A DNA stretch of 64,000 nucleotides from contig JBFWWD010000001.1 in NCBI GenBank assembly GCA_050246385.1, forward strand, positions 9,789 through 73,788, in the 5' to 3' direction. The position numbers were made by a program, and so were the translations under genes. Positions 55,555-64,000 of the stretch are shown in pieces. This DNA comes from Geminicoccaceae bacterium. Lineage in GTDB: Bacteria > Pseudomonadota > Alphaproteobacteria > Geminicoccales > Geminicoccaceae. The first letter of the stretch is position 1. Every line of letters begins with the position of its first letter. The notes under the pieces were generated by a model. The model ran no database searches, was not told the DNA's origin, and was given only the letters and a program-made list of their open reading frames with translations.

Positions 55555-56781
55555 TCAGCAGGATGGTGGCGAACAGTCTGGACCATTGCACGCCTTGACC
55601 TGCAAAATCTGGATATTGGGACAAGGCCCGCCCTCGATCAGATCGCCCGCCGGGACAATTTTCAACCCCCTCGCCCGCGCCGCCGGAAGCCACGACTCGA
55701 GAGCCGCCAGGGTAGTTGGGCGGGGGTGGCCGATCGCCAACGCTTGGCCACGGCGCCGCGCGAGCCGCTCCGCCTCGCTGAGCCGGTTGAGCACCGCGTC
55801 GATCGCCGGGTCATTGTCGAGGAAAACGTCTCGAGTGGCATGTCGGATGCCGAGCTGGGCGGCGATCCCGTCGGCCACGGACCAGGATGACGTCCGACTG
55901 TCCACGAAGCTGAGCCCATGAGACCGTACCGCCTGAAGCACCGGCAACATGATCTCCGGACTCGAGGTGGCGCGGCTGCCCATATGATTGTTGACACCCA
56001 TGGCGAGCGGCACCCGCTCGAATGCCCATTCAAGGCGACGTCGGAACTCGCTCGGATCAAGCCCTATCAGGATCGCGTTGGGCCCGGGATCTTCTGCGCC
56101 GACAGGCGCCATTGGCAGGTGCAGGAAGATCTCATGGCCCCGCTGGCGCGCAAGGTTTGTGAGGCTGTCGAGATCGTCGGCGTAGGGTAGGAACGACATC
56201 GTCACATGCACCGGCAGGCGAATTGCACGCTCCGTGAGAGCGCGTGGCGGACCCAAATCGTCCATGATGATGGCCAATCGCGGCTGCCTGGCAGGGCGCA
56301 TGGGTTCGGACCGGGGTATAGACGGAAGCGCGCTGACGGTGGCTGAGAGTGGCGGCGCAACGTCGATGGGTGGCTTTGTGAAGATGTACGGAATGGGTAC
56401 GGCCTGGATGGGCACAGTTTCCGCCTGCAAATGCCCAGAAACCGTCTTGGCAGTCGCAGCGACCACGGTGGCCAAGGGCGAGAAAGGAGCCTCCAGTATC
56501 CTCTTGTTCTTAATTCGCTGTAGCGGCAACACGAAGCGTAGACTGACGGAAAGACTAGGGATAGCCGTCCAGTCGGCGAGCTCGGCCTCGGGCCCTTGTC
56601 CTGAGGCACCCAGAGCCTGGATCACAGGGGCGGTACGGAACGAGTACGCCCGCGAAGACGGTCGCGACACGGCGACTACGGTCACGGTAAATGAAAAGAT
56701 GATCAGGCAGGCTGCCGCAAGACCCTGGGGACTCCAACCACGGCGGCGGCGTCGCGCATATGGTCCGCTATTAAGGGGCAT
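55555..56781 (-). CDS. divergent polysaccharide deacetylase (YibQ/DUF610) family protein
   Basis: N-terminal membrane anchor, then RLAIIMDDLG...MSFLPYA...FLHLPMAP...GVNNHMGSRAT...FVDSRTS...RDVFLDN, as in the YibQ family. Confidence 0.8.
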   Translation of the reverse strand: MPLNSGPYARRRRRGWSPQGLAAACLIIFSFTVTVVAVSRPSSRAYSFRTAPVIQALGASGQGPEAELADWTAIPSLSVSLRFVLPLQRIKNKRILEAPFSPLATVVAATAKTVSGHLQAETVPIQAVPIPYIFTKPPIDVAPPLSATVSALPSIPRSEPMRPARQPRLAIIMDDLGPPRALTERAIRLPVHVTMSFLPYADDLDSLTNLARQRGHEIFLHLPMAPVGAEDPGPNAILIGLDPSEFRRRLEWAFERVPLAMGVNNHMGSRATSSPEIMLPVLQAVRSHGLSFVDSRTSSWSVADGIAAQLGIRHATRDVFLDNDPAIDAVLNRLSEAERLARRRGQALAIGHPRPTTLAALESWLPAARARGLKIVPAGDLIEGGPCPNIQILQVKACNGPDCSPPSC

Positions 56782-57147
56782 CAGACGTCTGATCCGAGGC
56801 GGTCGACCAATAGTTCCGCCGGTCGATCAGCGCCCACCGGCGTTCGACCGTGGCCCTCGGGAACGACGAGCGCATCGCGAACTCCTTCGGGCAGACGGGT
56901 CCGGGCACGCGTGCCAGCGTAGTCGCGACGGAGAGTCTTGTAAGCCAATGGGAGGCGGGTAACCGGCCGAGTCCGTCCGGATAGTAGGCCATCGATCGAC
57001 AAGGGACCTGAGCTGAGGAGGGCGCAGGCCGGAAACACCAGAGGCCGTGGTGTCAGAACGGCCGGCGCCAAATGCGCGGGTGGGTGCCAATCTCTCATGC
57101 CGCGCTCTCATACTTCGTTGACAGCCGTGCATTCGGCGTTGCTACCA

Positions 57148-57176
57148 TACCCCCCTATCGTGTATCACGATAGGTG
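57148..57176. promoter_or_regulatory. TACCCCCCTA box fused to a perfect 9-bp inverted repeat (putative operator)
   Basis: TACCCCCCTA at 57148-57157 is identical to the first 10 nt of the copA box. CCTATCGTG-TAT-CACGATAGG at 57154-57174 is a perfect palindrome. It ends about 30 nt upstream of the DUF305 ATG at 57205. Confidence 0.4.
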
Positions 57177-57204
57177 ATCGTCGGCCTGCCGGAGAGGGTG
57201 AGCC

Positions 57205-57600
57205 ATGCGCCCGATCGCGTTGGTGCCTGTTGCGGCCGTGGCCCTGGCCGCGGGCGTGCTCGTCGGAACAACAATTGGTCAAGAGCAACCCGTAGGACAC
57301 GCCATGACGGGCATGCAGGGCATCTCGGCCGGGCGTGGTGACGCTGGCCCGGCCAGCAAGGCCTTTCAGGCGGCCATGGATGAGATGATGAAAGGGATGA
57401 TGACTCCCTACACCGGTGACGTCGACATCGATTTCGGCCGGGGGATGATCGCCCACCACGAGGGCGCCATCGCCATGGCCGAGGTGGAGCTGGAGTACGG
57501 CGAGGATGTCGAGCTACGCAAGCTGGCCGAGGAAATCATCACCGCGCAGGATCGGGAGATCACGTTCCTCAAGGCTTGGCTGGCGAAGAAGGCCAAGTAG
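57205..57600 (+). CDS. DUF305 domain-containing protein
   Basis: Signal peptide and core [51 protein letters not shown]. Confidence 0.8.
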   Translation: MRPIALVPVAAVALAAGVLVGTTIGQEQPVGHAMTGMQGISAGRGDAGPASKAFQAAMDEMMKGMMTPYTGDVDIDFGRGMIAHHEGAIAMAEVELEYGEDVELRKLAEEIITAQDREITFLKAWLAKKAK

Positions 57601-57677
57601 CCGGGAGCCTGAGCCGATCGCCGGGAGGCCGTTGGGACAGCTTTGGTGACCGTCGACCGGGAAATGTGGTGAACGCC

Positions 57678-58112
57678 ATGCCGAGCCGGCTGCGTGTGAT
57701 CAAGGGCATGCTCGTTGGGCTGCTTGTTTTGGCCTTTGTGGGCACGGTCACGGCGCTGTGGCCGAACCCGCTGTTCGCCCGCATGACCCCGTCCGGCACG
57801 ACCGAGACTGTCTTGCTGACTCTCGGGGCGGCGTTGATCGGGGTGTTCACGGCTGTCCGACGTCCTGCTTGTCCTGCTCGGCGCGTGGGTCTCGGCGGCG
57901 TGTTGGGCTTCCTTGGCATTGCTTGCCCCGTTTGCAACAAGCTCCTGGTGCTCTTGCTGGGGGCTCCAATCCTCATGACCTACTACGAGCCGATTCGCCT
58001 GCATGTCGCTGCAGCCGGTGTTCTGCTGCTCGCCATCGCGGTTATGCGCGAATTCCGGCTGGCACGCCGCGACCGACCAGGGCTCCACCATGACGTAGGA
58101 GTGACGGGGTAA
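57678..58112 (+). CDS. membrane protein with intramembrane CPVC motif (unknown function)
   Basis: ATG at 57678. Four hydrophobic segments, the third carrying GFLGIACPVCNKLLVLLLG. It sits between a DUF305 gene and a multicopper oxidase. Confidence 0.5.
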   Translation: MPSRLRVIKGMLVGLLVLAFVGTVTALWPNPLFARMTPSGTTETVLLTLGAALIGVFTAVRRPACPARRVGLGGVLGFLGIACPVCNKLLVLLLGAPILMTYYEPIRLHVAAAGVLLLAIAVMREFRLARRDRPGLHHDVGVTG

Positions 58113-58203
58113 GTTTCATCAGGGTTGCGATGCTCGTGACCGGGCAAGCAAGGACCTCGCGAGCCCGTTGGAGGCGTCTGCTCGAGATTCGCTGGAGGCT
58201 GCA

Positions 58204-59673
58204 ATGCATCGGTCGACACGCCGAGACTTCCTGGCAGGCGCCACCACCCTCGCCACGGGCGTCCTGGCACGACCCTCGTTCGGCACCGGCACCGCCCCGA
58301 TATCGCCGCTCGCTGTCGAAACCCGAACCATCGACGTCTCTGGCCGCGCCGCCAAGGTATTCAAGCTCGCGCAGCCGGACGGGACGCCGGGTCTGACCCT
58401 ACCTGCTGGTGGGACGTTCCGCGTCGACCTGACCAACAGGCTCGCCAAACCAACGCTCGTCCACTGGCACGGCCTAACGCCACCCCAGGGCCAGGACGGC
58501 GTGCCTGTGCTGCAGCAGCAGGAGCTGGCGCCTGGCAGCACCTACTCCTACGACTTTGCCTTGACCAAACCCGGCACGAATTGGATGCACAGCCACGTCG
58601 GCTTTCAGGAGCAGCAGCTTCTGGCTGCGCCCCTCATCGTCACCGATCCAGCCGAAACGGGACTTGACGAACAACCCGTCGTGATTCTGTTTCACGACTT
58701 CACCTTCCGCGACCCGGCCGAGATCCTCTCAGACCTCGGCGGCGTTCCCGACATGCCGGGCATGCAGGCGGACTCCATGCCGGCAATGCACCATGGCGAT
58801 GCGGCGAGTTCGAGCATGACCGGCGGGATGGCCCACGGCGCCATGTCCAGCGGCGACATGAAGCCGGATTTGAACGACGTCGCCTACGACGCGTTCCTCG
58901 CCAACGACAGGACGCTCGACGACCCCGAGGTAGTGAGAGTAGCTCTCGGCGGCAGGATCCGCCTCCGGCTGATCAACGGCGCCTCGGCCAGCAATATGCA
59001 CGTCGACCTTGGCATGCTCGAGGGCACGCTGATCGCGGTCGACGGCGTGCCGATCGTGCCGGTTGCCGGAACGAGTTTCCCGCTCGGCATCGCCCAACGC
59101 CTGGACATCTCGCTGGTGCTGCCTCGCACGCACGGCGCTTGGCCGCTCCTGGCCCAAGTCGAAGGATTGGTCGACCAAACCGGCGTGATCCTAGCGACCG
59201 CCGAGGCCGCCGTGCGGAAGGTGTCACCGAAGGGCGGCAGCGTGGCGCCCCAGGTAGGATTCGACTTGGAGGCAGGCTTGCGCGCACGCGACCCCTTGCC
59301 TCCCCGCGCTGCCGACCGAAAGCATGCGGTGACTCTTGGCGGTGCCATGGCGCCTTACCTATGGACGATCGACGGACGAACCTGGGGCGACCACCGGCCC
59401 CTCGACATCATGCTGGGCGAGCGAGTTGAGATCGAGATTCGCAATCCAACCATGATGGCGCACCCCATGCACCTGCACGGCCACCATTTTCAGGTCGTGG
59501 CGCTCGACGGCCGAAGGTTCGCCGGGGCGGTGCGGGATACTGTCCTGGTGCCGCCCATGCAAGCCGTGACGATCGCCTTCGATGCTGACAATCCAGGCCG
59601 TTGGGCATTCCACTGCCACCAGCTCTATCACATGGCCACCGGGATGTTTACCGAAGTGCGCTACCAGGCATGA
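58204..59673 (+). CDS. multicopper oxidase with Met/His-rich insert, Tat-exported
   Basis: Tat-like MHRSTRRDFLAGA. Copper sites VHWHGLTPP, WMHSH, HPMHLHGHHF and HCHQLYHMATGM. Insert MPGMQADSMPAMHHGDAASSSMTGGMAHGAMSSGDM. Confidence 0.85.
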   Translation: MHRSTRRDFLAGATTLATGVLARPSFGTGTAPISPLAVETRTIDVSGRAAKVFKLAQPDGTPGLTLPAGGTFRVDLTNRLAKPTLVHWHGLTPPQGQDGVPVLQQQELAPGSTYSYDFALTKPGTNWMHSHVGFQEQQLLAAPLIVTDPAETGLDEQPVVILFHDFTFRDPAEILSDLGGVPDMPGMQADSMPAMHHGDAASSSMTGGMAHGAMSSGDMKPDLNDVAYDAFLANDRTLDDPEVVRVALGGRIRLRLINGASASNMHVDLGMLEGTLIAVDGVPIVPVAGTSFPLGIAQRLDISLVLPRTHGAWPLLAQVEGLVDQTGVILATAEAAVRKVSPKGGSVAPQVGFDLEAGLRARDPLPPRAADRKHAVTLGGAMAPYLWTIDGRTWGDHRPLDIMLGERVEIEIRNPTMMAHPMHLHGHHFQVVALDGRRFAGAVRDTVLVPPMQAVTIAFDADNPGRWAFHCHQLYHMATGMFTEVRYQA

Positions 59674-59924
59674 CTCGCTTGGAGCCCGTCCGAAAAGAAG
59701 GTGAGCGGAATCAGCGGGTCGTGATGTCTTTGTCGTGCCACGAAAGGATCATGATCGATGCGGACTGCTTCCACTCGCCATCGGCAGCGACGTTCGCAGC
59801 CTCGCTAGGCCATCGACGTGCCGACCGCGGAGGTCGCTCGGGCCGACGGTGGGTAATCCAGGTGGAAAGATGGGTGGCGTCTGTGGTGCGACGCCCCCAT
59901 ACTGGATCCATGGTTGGCTGTCGG

Positions 59925-60245
59925 ATGCTCTATCGCCTGCTGATGATCGGCGCCCTGATCCTGGGCGCCGCCCTTTACGCTTTCCCCTTGAATGCCGGCA
60001 CAGATCACGGAACCGATTGCTCGGCCACGCGGGGCTCGCTAAGCGACGGCTGCGACCGCGGTCAGCTTCCGACCGGCCTGCGATGCCAGGTCAGCTGCAT
60101 GGGCCTTGCCGCCGCGTTTCTGACCCTGCCCGTCCTGCAGCTCCCCACGCCAGCGATCGGCTGGATGCCGACAGGCGACGTGCGTGGATCCGGCCGCGAA
60201 CTCGCCCCTGACCTGCCCCCGCCGAAGCGCAGCGGCATAGCCTGA
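59925..60245 (+). CDS. small exported Cys protein with Pro-rich C-terminus (family copy 5 of 5)
   Basis: ATG at 59925 (alternative at 59910) gives MLYRLLMIGALILGAALYAF. Cluster CSATRGSLSDGCDRGQLPTGLRCQVSC and tail GWMPTGDVRGSGRELAPDLPPPKRSGIA. Confidence 0.45.
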   Translation: MLYRLLMIGALILGAALYAFPLNAGTDHGTDCSATRGSLSDGCDRGQLPTGLRCQVSCMGLAAAFLTLPVLQLPTPAIGWMPTGDVRGSGRELAPDLPPPKRSGIA

Positions 60246-60298
60246 GCCGCTGCGGCCGCGCCAGGCGGCCGCCTCCTGGATCGCTTCGGGGACGTACC

Positions 60299-61012
60299 AT
60301 GCCCATACCGTGGGTGTGTCCGGCGCTGCGCCGGCACACGCCTTACGCCATCGCCGGCCTTCTGATGCTCGAGGCGACGGGAGCCATCGCCGCAGGCGAT
60401 GCGGAGACCGGCGCCCGTGCCTTCCAGGCCTGCGCCGCCTGTCACTCGCTCGAGCCCGGCCGGCACAGGACCGGCCCGAGCCTTGCCGGCGTGCTCGGCC
60501 GCGAGGCCGGCTCCGCAGAGGGATTCCACCGCTACTCGCCGGCCCTGCAGGCCTCGGGCGTCGTGTGGAACGAGGCCACGCTCGACGCCTGGATCGCCGA
60601 TCCGCGGGCCCTCGTGCCCGGCAACCGCATGATCTTCCGCGGGCTGGCCGACGCCAAGACGCGGGCGGACCTCGTCGCCTACCTGGCGCAGGCCGACCAC
60701 ACGGCCGCCCAAGGCGCAGGGGATGAGATGACGGGTATGGGAGGCGGCGACCTTCCCGACCTCAAGACGCTCGGCCCCGAGCACCGGGTGACCGCCGTGC
60801 GGTATTGCCGGGACACCTACGAGGTCGCGACGGCGGACGGCACCAGCGAGCCCTACTGGGAGACCAATCTCCGCTTCAAGACCGACAGCAGCGGGCTCGG
60901 CCCCCCGCCGGGCAAGCCGGTGATCGTCGGCGCCGGCATGATGGGCGACCGTGCCTCGATCATCTTTGCCGCACCAACCGAAATCAGCGCCTTCATCCGG
61001 AGCGCCTGCTGA
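60299..61012 (+). CDS. class I c-type cytochrome with a ~110-aa C-terminal extension
   Basis: Signal-like N-terminus, haem motif CAACHS, and a distal Met region (PGNRMIFRGL) as in cytochrome c2. Residues ~130-237 form an extra domain that I do not recognise. Confidence 0.7.
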   Translation: MPIPWVCPALRRHTPYAIAGLLMLEATGAIAAGDAETGARAFQACAACHSLEPGRHRTGPSLAGVLGREAGSAEGFHRYSPALQASGVVWNEATLDAWIADPRALVPGNRMIFRGLADAKTRADLVAYLAQADHTAAQGAGDEMTGMGGGDLPDLKTLGPEHRVTAVRYCRDTYEVATADGTSEPYWETNLRFKTDSSGLGPPPGKPVIVGAGMMGDRASIIFAAPTEISAFIRSAC

Positions 61013-61034
61013 GCCGACTCGAGGAGACACGATC

Positions 61035-61820
61035 ATGCGACACCTTACCTTTGCCCTCGCCATCAATGCCGCAGTGGTCAACGTCGCCGTCATCGCGGAC
61101 GGTCACGCGGCGGAATCGACACAGAGCACGCCGATACCAGCCGGCCAGCCCGACGCGTTCGGCGAGCGGGTGCGGGCCTACCTTCTGGCCCATCCCGAGG
61201 TCATCTTCGAGGCGGCGCAGCTTTACCAGCAGAAGCAGCAGGCGGCGCAGGCCGAGGCTGCCAAGCGGACGATCGCTGACAAAGCCAACGAGATCCTGCA
61301 CGATCCCGCCTCTCCGGTCGGCGGCAACTTCGCCGGCGACGTCACGCTGGTCGAGTTCTTCGACTACAACTGCAAGTATTGCCGCGCGGTGGCGCCGACT
61401 GTCGCGGAGACGCTCCAGGGCGATCCCGGCCTGCGGCTGGTCTATAAGGAGTTCCCGATCCTCGGCGACGGCTCCGCAGCAGCCGCCCGCGTGGCATTGG
61501 CAGCAGCACGGCAAAATCAGGGGAAGTATGAGGCGCTACACGAAGCGCTCATGGCTACCAATGGTTCAGTGACCGAGGCAAGCGCTCTGAAGTCGGCCGC
61601 GGCAGTCGGCCTGGATGTAGAACGGCTGCAGCGTGACATGGCCGACCCGACGATCGCTACTGCCATCGCGCGCAACCAGGCGCTCGCCGCGGAGCTCGGT
61701 ATCAACGGCACGCCCGGCTTTGTCGTCGGCGCGGAGATCGTGCCGGGCGCAGTCGACCGTGGGACGCTCGAAGGACTGATCGCCAAGGCCCGGGGTCGTG
61801 CCGACGTGACATCGCCGTAG
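61035..61820 (+). CDS. DsbA family thiol:disulfide oxidoreductase
   Basis: Shine-Dalgarno gaggaga plus ATG at 61035 and a signal peptide. Active site FDYNCKYCR and GINGTPGFVVG. Confidence 0.85.
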   Translation: MRHLTFALAINAAVVNVAVIADGHAAESTQSTPIPAGQPDAFGERVRAYLLAHPEVIFEAAQLYQQKQQAAQAEAAKRTIADKANEILHDPASPVGGNFAGDVTLVEFFDYNCKYCRAVAPTVAETLQGDPGLRLVYKEFPILGDGSAAAARVALAAARQNQGKYEALHEALMATNGSVTEASALKSAAAVGLDVERLQRDMADPTIATAIARNQALAAELGINGTPGFVVGAEIVPGAVDRGTLEGLIAKARGRADVTSP

Positions 61821-61851
61821 GTCCGAATATCTTTCTAGATGTTGCCAAGTA

Positions 61852-62331
61852 ATGTCGCGGCGCAACCGAAAATTCGGACTGTTCGGTTGGCTGGGCGTGC
61901 TCGTCGTACTAGTGCCCTTGGCTACCATAGTCGGTCTTTGGCGTCCATGGAAGTCGGACGCTTCGTTCAGCAGCGACCTGGAAGTCATCAGTCTTGGAGA
62001 AAAGATCTATGCTGAGCGCTGCGCAGTCTGCCATGGCCAACGACTGCAGGGCCAGCCGAACTGGCAGTCACCGCTTCCCAACGGCAGAATGCCGGCACCA
62101 CCCCACAACTCCGACGGTCACACTTGGCATCATGACAGCACCTCCCTCTTCGCTATCACCAAGCATGGCCTTGTACCGCCTTGGGCGCCGCCGGATTATC
62201 GGAGCAATATGCCGGCTTTTCAGGGAAGGCTCAGCGATGGGGAGATCTGGGCCGTGCTCTCCTTCATCGCCTCGCAATGGAACGATGAGGCAAGAAAGTG
62301 GCAGCGTCAGATTGAGATGCAAGAAAAATAG
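61852..62331 (+). CDS. membrane-anchored c-type cytochrome
   Basis: N-terminal anchor, haem motif CAVCHG and distal Met (SNMPAF). This gene and its upstream spacer look visibly less GC-rich than their neighbours. Confidence 0.8.
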   Translation: MSRRNRKFGLFGWLGVLVVLVPLATIVGLWRPWKSDASFSSDLEVISLGEKIYAERCAVCHGQRLQGQPNWQSPLPNGRMPAPPHNSDGHTWHHDSTSLFAITKHGLVPPWAPPDYRSNMPAFQGRLSDGEIWAVLSFIASQWNDEARKWQRQIEMQEK

Positions 62332-62395
62332 TCTGAAAGAATCCCACGACAGCAGCCTTCGGCTGGAAGGCAATACCTTTCTGCTAAAGCTACTG

Positions 62396-64000
62396 ATGAC
62401 GCTGATAGTATGTTTTGGGGGACCTGCAACGCCAAGCCTTGCGCAGGCTGTGGATTCCAAAAATAACGGCCGCACGATCGTGCTCGGCTTTGATGGCATG
62501 GATCCGAAGCTCACCGAGGCCTGGATGGCCGACGGCACGATGCCGAGCTTCGCCAAGCTGCGTGAGCAGGGCCTCTACCAGGTGCTGCCGACCACCAACC
62601 CGGCGCAGTCGCCGGTCGCCTGGTCGTCGTTCGCGACCGGCCTCAACCCCGGCGCCCACGGCATCTTCGATTTCCTGAGCCGCAACCCCCAGACCTACGG
62701 GCCCGACTACTCGATCGCCTCGGTCAAGGCGCCCGAGATGGTGCTGAGGTTCTTCGGCTATCAGCTACCCTTGGACTCGGGCTCGATCACCAACAAGCGG
62801 GTCGGCACCCCGTTCTGGACCAGCGCCGAGCGCGAGGGTCAGCCCTCCTCGGTGATCAGCGTGCCGGTCACCTACCCGCCCGATCCGATCACGCGCATGC
62901 TGGCGGGCATGGGCGTGCCCGACCTGCTGGGGACGCAGGGCACCTTCACGCTGTACACGACCGACAAGGTCGATGCCGAGACCACCGGCGGGCGGCAGAT
63001 CTCGGTGACCCCGGCGAACGGTCGGGTGGAGACCGCGTTTGAAGGTCCGCCCGATCCGTTCGTGATCGAGCCGACACCGCTGAAAGTCCCGATTGTCGTC
63101 GAGCAGCGCGATGGCGGCCGCGTTCGTGTCACCCTGGACGGCACGGCGGTCGACCTCGGGCCGGCCGAGTGGAGCGACTTTGTGCCGCTCAAGTTCACCT
63201 TCGGCGGCTTCATGAACGTGCGCGGCATGGTCCGCCTGCAGCTGGTCGAGGGGTTCCCGAACCTCAAGCTCTACGTCTCGCCGATCCAGATCGATCCCAG
63301 AGCGCCGGTGGTCCCGATCACCTCCCCACCCGAGTATGCGGCTGATCTCGCCTCGCGCATCGGCCTGTTTCACACCATCGGCATGCCGGAGGAAACCTGG
63401 TCCCTGAACGAGGGCAAGATCAGCGACGACGCCTGGCTGGATATGACGGCCACGATCCTCAAGGAGCGCGAGGCGATGCTGTTCGACACGCTCGCGCGCC
63501 AGGACAGAGGACTCGTCGTCACCGTGTTCGTCCAGCCGGACCGGGTCAGCCACATGTTCTGGCGTGGCATCGATGCCGAGCACCCACTGCACGCGGAGAC
63601 CAGCGAGCGTGGCAAGACGGCGATCCGCTGGATCTACGCGGAGTCGGACCGCATCCTGGGCAGGACCATGGCCGCGATGCGCCCGAACGACCGTTTGGTC
63701 GTGCTGAGCGACCACGGCTTCGCGCCCTGGCGCCGCAGCGTCCACCTGAACCGCTGGCTGGTCGACAATGGGTTCATGACGACCAAGCCCGGACAGCCGG
63801 CCTCGGAGAAGCTGTTCACCAACGTCAACTGGACCAAAACCAGAGCCTACGCGATCGGTCTCAACGACATCTACCTCAATCGCAAGGGCCGTGAAGCCCT
63901 GGGTGTCGTCCGCGACGACGAGGTTGCGGCCCTGAAAAGCGAGATCGAGGCAAAGCTCCGGGGGTTCGTCGACCCCGACACAGGCGCGCCGGTCGTGCTC
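62396..64000 (+). CDS. alkaline phosphatase superfamily (nucleotide pyrophosphatase/phosphodiesterase-like) protein, 3' end outside window
   Basis: This ORF is absent from the supplied track because it has no stop in the window. Frame 2 is open from ATG 62396 to 64000. Signal-like MTLIVCFGGPATPSLAQA, then metal-site motifs GFDGMDP...NPAQSPVAWSSFATG and VLSDHGF. Confidence 0.7.
   Translation, partial: MTLIVCFGGPATPSLAQAVDSKNNGRTIVLGFDGMDPKLTEAWMADGTMPSFAKLREQGLYQVLPTTNPAQSPVAWSSFATGLNPGAHGIFDFLSRNPQTYGPDYSIASVKAPEMVLRFFGYQLPLDSGSITNKRVGTPFWTSAEREGQPSSVISVPVTYPPDPITRMLAGMGVPDLLGTQGTFTLYTTDKVDAETTGGRQISVTPANGRVETAFEGPPDPFVIEPTPLKVPIVVEQRDGGRVRVTLDGTAVDLGPAEWSDFVPLKFTFGGFMNVRGMVRLQLVEGFPNLKLYVSPIQIDPRAPVVPITSPPEYAADLASRIGLFHTIGMPEETWSLNEGKISDDAWLDMTATILKEREAMLFDTLARQDRGLVVTVFVQPDRVSHMFWRGIDAEHPLHAETSERGKTAIRWIYAESDRILGRTMAAMRPNDRLVVLSDHGFAPWRRSVHLNRWLVDNGFMTTKPGQPASEKLFTNVNWTKTRAYAIGLNDIYLNRKGREALGVVRDDEVAALKSEIEAKLRGFVDPDTGAPVVL

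Noticed and set aside
56782-57140. Minus-strand ORFs (56771..56992 and 56781..57098) in the spacer upstream of the YibQ-like gene.
   Set aside because: They have no recognisable motifs, poor composition and mutually overlapping frames. They are likely non-coding leader or promoter sequence.
62765-63745. 326-aa minus-strand ORF near the window end.
   Set aside because: It is antisense to the open plus-strand frame encoding an alkaline-phosphatase-superfamily protein with recognisable metal-site motifs. That plus-strand ORF is missing from the track only because it has no stop in the window.

Overview
The window is visibly GC-rich DNA (GC not computed). Gene content and codon style look alphaproteobacterial, possibly Rhizobiales-like, but that is inference only. 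I recognised no rRNA, tRNA or CRISPR. The window reads as a mosaic accessory region in three parts. (1) 1-5.1 kb is a co-directional array: the end of a class III nucleotide cyclase, a Crp/Fnr regulator, a secreted protein, a three-gene MotA/ExbB-like motor operon with unrecognised partners, and a patatin-like phospholipase. (2) 5-34 kb is mixed cargo. It holds YeeE/DUF302, a haloacid dehalogenase, DUF547 and a radical SAM enzyme, a TPP enzyme with a TPR protein, an ECF sigma/anti-sigma pair, a CDP-alcohol phosphatidyltransferase, a TVP38-flavoprotein fusion, a Prx/CcdA/Trx thiol module, TetR, a YnjBCD-like ABC transporter and a sterol desaturase. Decay products are interspersed: IS701-like and Tn3-like transposase remnants and opgC, cyclase, YHS and nrsF pseudogenes. 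This block also holds the most unusual locus, at 29.4-33.0 kb. There a sigma-F/NrsF-type ECF pair sits divergent from a two-gene operon of cytochrome P460-like proteins. One of these is fused to LysM and carries 17 [N/S]PC cysteine repeats. A GTAACC-N16-CGAA promoter motif lies in front of the operon. (3) 34-62 kb is a dense, redundant copper-homeostasis island. It has three multicopper oxidases, four DUF305 genes (one frameshifted), CsoR-CopA, SCO1, CopG/DUF411, a DUF326/Csp-like Cys-rich protein, a cupredoxin, a TolC-like outer-membrane factor, DsbE/TlpA/DsbA, two cytochromes c and an embedded adenylate cyclase. Five copies of a small Cys-containing, Pro-tailed ORF family each sit at the edge of a copper module, and TACC-N7-GGTA (CsoR-like) boxes lie in front of two operons, with a related box plus palindrome at a third. 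All family names come from reading motifs by eye. No database search was run.
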